The notes under the pieces: model-generated
Database searches by the model: none
Told to the model about the DNA's origin: nothing
The model's input: the letters and a program-made list of their open reading frames with translations, nothing else
Shown here: one piece after another, positions 29,868 to 37,013 of the stretch
Layout of the letters: each line of letters opens with the position of its first letter
How positions within the stretch are numbered: the stretch's first letter is position 1
NCBI GenBank assembly: GCA_013203545.1
Contig: JABMQA010000345.1
Span: forward strand, 1-37,013
Direction: 5' to 3'
Length of the DNA: 37,013 bases
DNA from: Bacteroidota bacterium
GTDB taxonomy: Bacteria; Bacteroidota; Bacteroidia; Bacteroidales; 4484-276
Made by a program: the position numbers and the translations under genes

Positions 29868-29901
29868 AACTTTTAATTTCTTTTACAAAATTACAACAAG
29901 G

Positions 29902-30528
29902 TTACTGTAAATCTGTTACAAAATCCTGGAATTGATTTACATTATTTTTGGTTTTCAGCAATTTATCCAGCCCAAGCCGTTTATTTTTCTGAATCTTTTT
30001 AAAATGTGTCGGCGTCAGACCGGTAATTTTTTTGAATTGATTCGACAGGTACTGGACACTACTATAGTCTAATTGAATTGCGATTTCGCTCAACGACAAT
30101 TCATCGTAGACCAAAAGTTCTTTTGCCCTTTCAATTTTTTGCAGAATCAAATATTTCTCAATTGTTATTCCTTCAGTGGATGAGAACAGGCTACTGATGT
30201 AAGAATAATCGTTTCCAACTTGACGAGATAAAAAGTCCGAAAAATTAATGTTCTCACGTACCCCAACACCATAGTGAACTGCCTTTATGATTTCAGTCTT
30301 GATCTTGGAGATTATTCTGCTTTTTTTATCACTCAGTAATTCAAATCCATTAGCCTCAAGACTGAGTTTAATTGAATCGAGATCTTTTTCATCAATTGTT
30401 GAACCCAATTCTACTTTGCCCAATTCAATTGATTTAATGGTAAACCCCAGCTTTGTCAATTCCTCGTTTACAACTTTTATACACCGATTGCAAACCATAT
30501 TTTTAATATGTAATTCTTCATATGACAT
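29902..30528 (-). CDS. AraC-family regulator with N-terminal HMA-like CxxC domain (paralog of 24178..24789)
   Basis: 208 aa with LHIKNMVCNRCIKVV...LEANGFEL and an AraC HTH (LSEIAIQLDYSSVQYLSNQFKKITGLTPTHF). Confidence 0.85.
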   Translation of the reverse strand: MSYEELHIKNMVCNRCIKVVNEELTKLGFTIKSIELGKVELGSTIDEKDLDSIKLSLEANGFELLSDKKSRIISKIKTEIIKAVHYGVGVRENINFSDFLSRQVGNDYSYISSLFSSTEGITIEKYLILQKIERAKELLVYDELSLSEIAIQLDYSSVQYLSNQFKKITGLTPTHFKKIQKNKRLGLDKLLKTKNNVNQFQDFVTDLQ

Positions 30529-30547
30529 GATATAAATTTTTTCTGAT

Positions 30548-32269
30548 TTATTCTTTGATAATCTTTTTAGTATAGGTCTTGTTAGCTGAGAATAGACTAA
30601 GGATAAAAGTTCCCTGGCCTAAGGTCGTAAGGTCAATCAGTATCTGCTTATTATTTATTTCAAATCGTCGCTCAATAAGTTTATGTCCGGCCAGATCGTA
30701 GAATTTGTACCCTTCAAAAACGATGTCGTCGCTGGTAACTGTTAAGGTATTATTGCTCTCCATTAACGGATTTGGATACAAAATAATGTCGTCTGGATCA
30801 AGGTTATTCTCCCCAATTCCAATTGTCTCATCAACCACTTCAAACTGCCCCATCATGCCGTCGTCTTCGTGGGTGAGCATATGGCAATGGTACATGTAAG
30901 GTACATCATCGTTGGCATAATCGGTAAATTGCATGATCACCCTTGCCGATTGCATTGCCGGTACCAGGATCACATCTTTCCTGCCCTGCTCGCTTGCAGG
31001 CGGTGGCGCTCCATTTCTATCCAAAACATAAAAATGAACATCATGAATGTGAAAAGGATGGGCAGTTGGCGATTGATTGGTAAGTGTCCAAATTTCAATG
31101 TTGTTCAAAGGAATTGAATAATTAATGGTGTTCATATCAAAGCTGACACTATTGATATAGAATTTCCCATTCAATGCATTCGGGCCCATTGCCTCGGCTG
31201 TAAAAGTCAGTGTTCTTGTGATATTGGCTGAAGATTCGGGCAGGGAGTTTATTTCGACAAGGCTGCTTGGAATGGTGGTAACCGGATTGCTGGTGGGTGC
31301 AACCACATTTAATTCCATAATATCGAAATTTGATCCGTTCATCGGATTTGGATTGTAACCTGTAAGGGTCATCATCGACATCATACCGGGCAAGGTTGCG
31401 CCATACATTCCGTTTGGCAACTCAGCAGCATAGCTTTTCAGGTTCAGTGTTTGCCCCTGCATTCCTGAAAAATCAATAAGTATTTCAGCCCGTTCGCCCG
31501 GGGCCATCCGTGACCTTGTAACAGCATTGGGTTCGCTTAATAATCCATCGTCCGAACCAATTTGATAAAAAGTCTGGTTGCCGGATAAGCCAATATTAAA
31601 TACCCGTTGAGAGGAACCATTCAACAGCCTCAAACGAACAACCTGGGCCGGCACATCAAGTTTAGGATCGATGGTGGCGTTTACCATTAACACATCGTCA
31701 GAATTGGAAGGGACAACAATCTGGTTGGAAGCATCAAAATCTTTGGTTTGGATAACCAGGGGGAAATCATCAACACCGTAAGTCCTGGGCAATTCCAATG
31801 CCGCTTCATCTTCATCTCGTACTATGATAAAACCGGCAATCCCTTTGGAGACATGTAAATTGGTTTTTTCATGCAAATGGGGATGATACCAGTAGGTAGC
31901 TGCCCTGTCCATCACAGTAAAGGAAGGGTTCCACGAGTTGGAAGGCGCGATGATAGTGTGTGGGCCGCCATCATTTTCGGCTGAAACGTGCATTCCATGC
32001 CAGTGAATTGTAGTGGTGTCATTAAGTAGGTTATTTACTGTGATGTCAACAAATTCAGCTTTTTGCATGATCAGTGTGGGGCCGAGAATATTGCCGTTTA
32101 CACCCATTGTGTTTGTGGCCTGGCCACCATAAAATTGGACAGTCCCATTTTGAAGGTTAAGTTCAAAAGTTGTTCCCGACAGGGTATCTGGAATGATTAT
32201 ATCATTCTGCGCTGTCAGATACGTAAAAAAGAAAATTGATACAAGTGTCATTAATGTTTTACTTTTCAT
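30548..32269 (-). CDS. Multicopper oxidase with T9SS C-terminal sorting domain
   Basis: 573 aa with signal peptide FFFTYLTAQ. The four MCO copper motifs are IHWHGMH, WYHPHLH, HPFHIHDVHF and HCHMLTHEDDGMM. The last ~80 aa (ILYPNPLMESNNTLTV...GTFILSLFSANKTYTKKIIKE) fit the Por-secretion-tail pattern. Confidence 0.93.
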   Translation of the reverse strand: MKSKTLMTLVSIFFFTYLTAQNDIIIPDTLSGTTFELNLQNGTVQFYGGQATNTMGVNGNILGPTLIMQKAEFVDITVNNLLNDTTTIHWHGMHVSAENDGGPHTIIAPSNSWNPSFTVMDRAATYWYHPHLHEKTNLHVSKGIAGFIIVRDEDEAALELPRTYGVDDFPLVIQTKDFDASNQIVVPSNSDDVLMVNATIDPKLDVPAQVVRLRLLNGSSQRVFNIGLSGNQTFYQIGSDDGLLSEPNAVTRSRMAPGERAEILIDFSGMQGQTLNLKSYAAELPNGMYGATLPGMMSMMTLTGYNPNPMNGSNFDIMELNVVAPTSNPVTTIPSSLVEINSLPESSANITRTLTFTAEAMGPNALNGKFYINSVSFDMNTINYSIPLNNIEIWTLTNQSPTAHPFHIHDVHFYVLDRNGAPPPASEQGRKDVILVPAMQSARVIMQFTDYANDDVPYMYHCHMLTHEDDGMMGQFEVVDETIGIGENNLDPDDIILYPNPLMESNNTLTVTSDDIVFEGYKFYDLAGHKLIERRFEINNKQILIDLTTLGQGTFILSLFSANKTYTKKIIKE

Positions 32270-32471
32270 GTCTATAGTTTTGAAATTAATAATTCGTTAT
32301 TTATTCTCCCCGAGCCTGTCGTACAAACAACATCCCGGCAAATCGTAATAAATATCATCCGGAGAACGATTGTTTTAGGTATCATATCCCACGGCAACTT
32401 CTGCTTTTTCAACTCAAACTCACTGATTTCACCTTTTACTTATTCAATTCAAAATTATGCAGTATAATCGG

Positions 32472-34262
32472 TTAATAATTCAGTGTTTCTCTCGTTTCAC
32501 CACATTTCAGCATGGCATCACCGAAATAGGGATTCTCGATGTTTTTCTTTTCGCTGAGCCAATAAGCTCCTTTGGTGCTGAAAGCCATGGGGCAATATTG
32601 GTAATAGACAGTTTCATCCTGTAAGCCAAAGGCTTTTATGCTTTTGTGAAAGGTAAGGTTGAGTATGGAAAATTCTCTTCGCTGCGTTTCAATATCTGTG
32701 CTACCTGAGATTGAACCTAACGTTGAATTAAACACCTCCAACTGCTCCATCCAAGCCATGTGGGCATCTCCTTTCAAAAGATTCATATCCACCTTGTTTA
32801 ATGCTTCGATTACCTCTTTCGCGTCGCTACTCACTTGTTTCGCGTTGGAGGCAACAAAAGCATTTTTCATTATCAGGTATTTTTGATACACCTGCGTCAG
32901 TTGTTTTTTAAAAGCTTCATTCACCTCAAAACCCTGCTTCATGTTATCCTTGACATCCATTTGCGACATTTCCGCATTGCTCATGGTTTGTCCTCCATGA
33001 TTGTGTCCGGTCATGGCCGGGCCACCCCCGGGATTCATCATGCTCGGTTTTCCTGCAAGTTGGGCGGCGGCATCGATACTGAAGGTGCCGTTTACAGCTA
33101 TTTCTTCGCCTGCATCGAGGCCATTTTCTACAATAAAGCTATCGCCCAGGGCCTGGCCCAAGGTCACTTCCCGCATCAAAAAGCTTACCCCCTGATTGGT
33201 GGTAGATTTAATATAAACCAGGGAACGTTTTCCGGTCCACATCACAGCCGTTTTGGGCACAACAATACTTTCCGCTTTATCAGCTAATTTCGCTTCAATC
33301 GTTCCCGAGACAAACATTTCAGGTTTCAGTTTTAATCCTTTATTGTTAACTTCCACCCTTGCTTTAGCCACCCGTGTTTTCGGATCGATGACCAGGTCGA
33401 TGAAGGAAATTTCCCCTGTAAATTTTTCACCCGGAAGTGAAGCGACAGTAAACGAAACCTTGTCGCCCTTTTCTATCCAGGGCATATCCGATTCATATAC
33501 ATCAAACATTACCCAAACTTTTGAAAGATCGGCGATTTCCAAAATGGCTTCTCCCCGCCTGATATAGTCCCCAAGGTTTACCATTTTTTTTATCACATAG
33601 CCCGAAACATCCGCCGTAATCGGGAACTGTTCCCGTATTTTACCTGCATTAATCATTTCATCAATCTCAGCATCTGTCAGTTTCCAGTTTTTCAGCTTCT
33701 CCCTGGCAGCTTTGTACAGTGCCGGTTGGCTTTCTTTTAATTTCATTGCTTCCATCAACTCTTCCTGTGCAGTTGAAAGATCAGGTGAATAAATCCATGC
33801 TATTGTCTGGCCTTTCTTTACATATTCACCGGTGAAGTTGACCGCCAGTTTTTCTATCCGTCCGGGGATATGGGATGATTGTGAATAAACGTGCCGTTCG
33901 TCTGCTTCTATTTTTCCATTCAACCTGACTGATTTTAAAGGTATTGCCATACCGACTTTTGCTGTTGATACACTGGCCAGTTTCATCGCATTTGCCGACA
34001 TACTCACGGCCATTGGATTGGCCTCCCCCGCATCATTTTCCAACGGAATCAAATCCATCCCGCAAATGGGGCAGTCTCCGGGCTCGTTTTTCCGGATTTG
34101 AGGGTGCATTGAGCATGTCCAAATTTGATCTGTTGATACTTCGGTGTGCTGCCCGTGATCATTGCCTTCAGAATCTTGTTTTACCGAATTGCTAATGAGG
34201 TAGCCTGCAAAGCCACCAACAAGGAGCAAAACTATATAAATGCCAATTTTTTTAATTTTCAT
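32472..34262 (-). CDS. cusB: RND efflux periplasmic adaptor (CusB-like) with N-terminal HMBD and C-terminal DUF3347-like domain
   Basis: 596 aa with an N-terminal TM, then WTCSMHPQIRKNEPGDCPICGMDL (HMBD). The MFP core includes GRIEKLAVNFTGEYVKKGQTIAWIYS and the barrel-sandwich/beta-barrel blocks. The C-terminal ~150 aa end YYQYCPMAFSTKGAYWLSEKKNIENPYFGDAMLKCGE. Confidence 0.9.
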   Translation of the reverse strand: MKIKKIGIYIVLLLVGGFAGYLISNSVKQDSEGNDHGQHTEVSTDQIWTCSMHPQIRKNEPGDCPICGMDLIPLENDAGEANPMAVSMSANAMKLASVSTAKVGMAIPLKSVRLNGKIEADERHVYSQSSHIPGRIEKLAVNFTGEYVKKGQTIAWIYSPDLSTAQEELMEAMKLKESQPALYKAAREKLKNWKLTDAEIDEMINAGKIREQFPITADVSGYVIKKMVNLGDYIRRGEAILEIADLSKVWVMFDVYESDMPWIEKGDKVSFTVASLPGEKFTGEISFIDLVIDPKTRVAKARVEVNNKGLKLKPEMFVSGTIEAKLADKAESIVVPKTAVMWTGKRSLVYIKSTTNQGVSFLMREVTLGQALGDSFIVENGLDAGEEIAVNGTFSIDAAAQLAGKPSMMNPGGGPAMTGHNHGGQTMSNAEMSQMDVKDNMKQGFEVNEAFKKQLTQVYQKYLIMKNAFVASNAKQVSSDAKEVIEALNKVDMNLLKGDAHMAWMEQLEVFNSTLGSISGSTDIETQRREFSILNLTFHKSIKAFGLQDETVYYQYCPMAFSTKGAYWLSEKKNIENPYFGDAMLKCGETRETLNY

Positions 34263-34274
34263 TTTAATTCGTTT

Positions 34275-35516
34275 TTAATTTATTAAATAATCATACGACG
34301 TCAGGTAATTCAATTTGGCCAGGGCTACGTGGTATTGCGACAATGCCGAGGCTTTCATTTTTTGGTATTTCAACAATTGTTGTTGCATACGCAGCACCTC
34401 TTCAAAATCCTTACCTGAGTTTCCGTAAGCCGAAAATAAAAGGTTGAGCGCCTGTTTTGTTTCTGAAATCTGTTCGTTGTAAAGATTGATCAACTGATTT
34501 TGTTGCTCAGTATCAAACCAAACACTCTCGTAATTGCTCACGAGCTTATTGGCGTAGTCCACCTTTTGCAGGCTATAGCTTTGTTGCATCAGCCCGGCCT
34601 CTTTAACTGCCGCTTTGTATTTGCCCCTGAAAATGGGAATGCTTACCGATACCATAGGCATCAACACATCTTTCCCGTTATCAGCAACCGCTACATCATT
34701 TCGTTCGCCCACTATCACATAATCCAGCCCTATGCCCAGTTTGGGAAGGCCTTGTTTTGTCGCTGCCCTTGCTGCAGCTTCATTGGCCTTAACCTTCAGA
34801 TCCAATTCTTTCAGAACTGGATTGTTGGAAAGCAATGAATCTCTTCTGAAATTTTTGGCAAGCATTGCTGCTGATAAGGAATCCTGAACTTGTACCGCTT
34901 GATTTAAATCTCTGTTCAGGCGTGTATTAAAAGCGGCTAACAAGGGTTTCTCCTTTTTATTCAGGATTATCAGGTTAGTGACGGCGTCTTTCAGCAGAAT
35001 GTCCACCCTGAGTACATCTACCATTGCTTCTTTTCCGTTTTCAAAATTCTTGGTGGCAATGGTTTTATATACCTGCAGGATTTCAATGTTTTCCTGCTCA
35101 ATCTGTTTCCATTTCTTCAATTCGTAAAGTGGGTAGTATGCTGCGGCTACCTGGTAATACAATGCATTGCGCGCATCAACAAAAGCCTGGTATTTCGCCT
35201 CAGCCATTAGTGCGGCAGCATCGCCCTGCACTTTTAATGTGCCAAACCACGGAAACATCTGCGTAAGCGAAAACTTTGCCTTTTGCGGCCCTACCCGGGT
35301 TTCGACGGGTGAGATAAAATATCCGAAAGAAAAATTAGGATCAGGAAGGGTACTTACCTGGGGCACTTTTTGCAGAGCAGCTTCAAAGCTTATGTATTTC
35401 GCCTGCAAGCCCGGATTATTTTGAGCTGCTATTTTGAAATATTCTTCCAGTGTTTGCGCCCTGGAGCCATAGCTGCAAATTAATACTGTTATTATTAAAA
35501 TGATGTATTTTTTCAT
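34275..35516 (-). CDS. TolC-family outer membrane efflux factor (CusC-like)
   Basis: 413 aa with signal peptide ICSYGSRAQ and a typical OMF start, TLEEYFKIAAQNNPGLQA. Two coiled-coil/beta repeats are present. A 4-nt ATGA overlap links it to the upstream RND gene. Confidence 0.9.
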   Translation of the reverse strand: MKKYIILIITVLICSYGSRAQTLEEYFKIAAQNNPGLQAKYISFEAALQKVPQVSTLPDPNFSFGYFISPVETRVGPQKAKFSLTQMFPWFGTLKVQGDAAALMAEAKYQAFVDARNALYYQVAAAYYPLYELKKWKQIEQENIEILQVYKTIATKNFENGKEAMVDVLRVDILLKDAVTNLIILNKKEKPLLAAFNTRLNRDLNQAVQVQDSLSAAMLAKNFRRDSLLSNNPVLKELDLKVKANEAAARAATKQGLPKLGIGLDYVIVGERNDVAVADNGKDVLMPMVSVSIPIFRGKYKAAVKEAGLMQQSYSLQKVDYANKLVSNYESVWFDTEQQNQLINLYNEQISETKQALNLLFSAYGNSGKDFEEVLRMQQQLLKYQKMKASALSQYHVALAKLNYLTSYDYLIN

Positions 35517-37013
35517 GATTGTAGCTTTTTAAGTTTTCGTTCTTCCCTGATACTATACAATACCGGTACAATGAAGATGCTTACCAGCGCTACCGCCATT
35601 CCACCAAACGAAGGAATGGCCATCGGGACCATAATATCCGCACCGCGGCCTGTTGAGGTAAGTATGGGTAGCAGCGCAATCATAGTTGTAGCAACGGTCA
35701 TAAGCGCTGGTCTGATTCTCCGTAAGCCAGCTTCTACCACTGCTGCCCTGGTTTCCTTAAGGTTGCCCGGCCGGTTGCGCTCAAAACTCTGATCGAGGTA
35801 GGTGGCAATGAGCACGCCATCGTCAGTCGCAATACCAAACAGCGCAATAAAGCCAACCCAAACTGCAACACTCAGATTGATGGTATGCATCTGAAAGAGA
35901 TTCCGAAAGTTCATTCCAAACATCGAAAAATCGGCAAACCAGCCCTGTCCGTATAACCAAATCATAATAAAACCACCGCTGAATGCCATGGCTATTCCTG
36001 TAAAAACCATCATTGAGGTGGATACGGATTTGAACTGGAAATAGAGGATAAGGAATACGAGGGCCAAAACGAGGGGCACAATAATAGCCAGCCTTTTCTC
36101 TGCCCTGACCTGGTTTTCGTAGCTGCCCGAAAATTTGTAGCTGATACCCGCTGGAACCTTCAGTTCGCCATTGTCAATTTTCGCTTGAATTGCCAGTTGT
36201 GCATCATTTACAACTGTTACTTCCGAATAAGTATCTTTTTTGTCGAAGAGCACATATCCCACCAGGAAAGTCTCTTCGCTTTTTATGGCTTGCGGGCCTC
36301 TTACATATTCGATATTTATAATTTGTGATAATGGGATTTGTGCGCCCGTGGGCGTGGAAATCAAAATTTTATATAGAGACTCAGGATCATCCCTTAACTC
36401 ACGAGGATAGCGTACCCGAACCGGATAGCGCTCCCTGCCTTCCACCGTAGAAGTAATTTTCATCCCACCAATGGCGGTTTCGAGGGTTTGCTGCACATCT
36501 TCAATATTCAATCCATACCTTGAGATTTCATCGCGGTTGATATTTAAATGCAGATAAGGTTTCCCAACAATTCGATCGGCAAAAACGGCTTCTGCTTTTA
36601 CCGAAGGAACAGCTTTTAAAATTTCTTCCAGTTGCATTCCAAAATTTTCGATGGTTTCCAGATCAGGGCCATAAACTTTGATACCCATGGGTGCCCTCAT
36701 ACCGGTTTGAAGCATCACCAGACGGGTTTCGATAGGTTGCAACTTAGGTGCAGAAGTCACTCCCGGAATTTTGGCAACATTCACGATTTCCTGCCATATA
36801 TCATCAGGCGATTTGATTTGTGGCCGCCAGTTGCGGAAGTACTGACCCTTCTTATCAGGAATGAGTTCTTCATTTTTTATATCTCTTAAAAGCGCCTCTT
36901 CGTTGGTGAGTGTATCACCTGATGTTAAAATAAAACGGTCGTCCCTGTCCACCAAATACCTTATACGGTACCCTTTCTCATTCAGGGCAAATTCCGGTTT
37001 ATAGTTGATGATA
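35513..37013 (-). CDS. cusA: Heavy-metal RND pump, CusA/CzcA family, C-terminal half (5' end beyond the window)
   Basis: The frame stays open to the window edge (…IINYKPEFALNEKGYRIRYLVDRDDRF…), so the listed start at 36955 is an artefact. RND TM7-12 are present, with LRRIRPALMTVATTMIALLPIL and IALFGIATDDGVLIATYL. Confidence 0.92.
   Translation of the reverse strand, partial: IINYKPEFALNEKGYRIRYLVDRDDRFILTSGDTLTNEEALLRDIKNEELIPDKKGQYFRNWRPQIKSPDDIWQEIVNVAKIPGVTSAPKLQPIETRLVMLQTGMRAPMGIKVYGPDLETIENFGMQLEEILKAVPSVKAEAVFADRIVGKPYLHLNINRDEISRYGLNIEDVQQTLETAIGGMKITSTVEGRERYPVRVRYPRELRDDPESLYKILISTPTGAQIPLSQIINIEYVRGPQAIKSEETFLVGYVLFDKKDTYSEVTVVNDAQLAIQAKIDNGELKVPAGISYKFSGSYENQVRAEKRLAIIVPLVLALVFLILYFQFKSVSTSMMVFTGIAMAFSGGFIMIWLYGQGWFADFSMFGMNFRNLFQMHTINLSVAVWVGFIALFGIATDDGVLIATYLDQSFERNRPGNLKETRAAVVEAGLRRIRPALMTVATTMIALLPILTSTGRGADIMVPMAIPSFGGMAVALVSIFIVPVLYSIREERKLKKLQS

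Noticed and set aside
1-37013. A search for CRISPR arrays, tRNA or rRNA genes, transposases, integrases, IS-type terminal inverted repeats, toxin-antitoxin pairs or defence-system genes.
   Set aside because: No regularly spaced repeats, no cloverleaf-like or rRNA-like segments, and no DDE, tyrosine-recombinase or serine-recombinase motifs were seen in any ORF. The only tandem repeat is the 27-nt duplication at 17664..17727.

Overview
This 37 kb window is a densely packed heavy-metal homeostasis island in which every credible gene (about 40) lies on the minus strand. The host looks like Bacteroidota. Supporting signs are a T9SS-type C-terminal sorting domain on the multicopper oxidase, many lipoprotein and signal-peptide N-termini, TAnnTTTG-type -7 boxes, and small Cys-rich families typical of that phylum.

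In the direction of transcription (right to left) I see four parts:
1. A Cu/Ag-type module: a partial CusA-like RND pump, a TolC-like outer membrane factor, a CusB-like adaptor carrying extra metal-binding domains at both ends, a T9SS-tagged multicopper oxidase, an HMA-AraC regulator and a HYC_CC_PP-like protein.
2. A very tightly packed operon of uncharacterised genes (28818..24178). It holds small CxxC-less HMA-like proteins, a Cys-rich mini membrane protein, a P-II-like protein, an NDH-2-type flavoprotein with Cys-rich and His-rich tails, a DUF5676-like membrane protein, a YHS-domain::thioredoxin-reductase-like flavoprotein lacking the redox CxxC, and a second HMA-AraC regulator. This operon is my best candidate for an undescribed metal-redox/detoxification system.
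3. A Met-rich protein, DUF302, SHOCT, a CopA-type Cu ATPase with three HMBD repeats, a His/Met-rich lipoprotein, a periplasmic HMA protein and a GDCCVxC protein.
4. A Zn/Cd/Co-type module: a Fur-family regulator, a DUF6660-like protein, a membrane YHS-like protein, a CzcA RND pump fused in frame to a CzcC-like outer membrane factor, CzcB, a second P-II-like protein, a decayed zinc-ribbon gene, an SPFH lipoprotein, a ZntA/CadA-type ATPase, two more DUF302 proteins, a paralogous lipoprotein and a CDF transporter.

The left end (91..4096) encodes unrelated secreted proteins, including two tandem paralogs with C1q/TNF-like tails. I found no rRNA, tRNA, CRISPR array, transposase or integrase. All plus-strand ORFs in the track are judged shadow ORFs. 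Family names (DUF numbers, HYC_CC_PP, GDCCVxC, HMBD) are recalled from motif patterns and need HMM confirmation.
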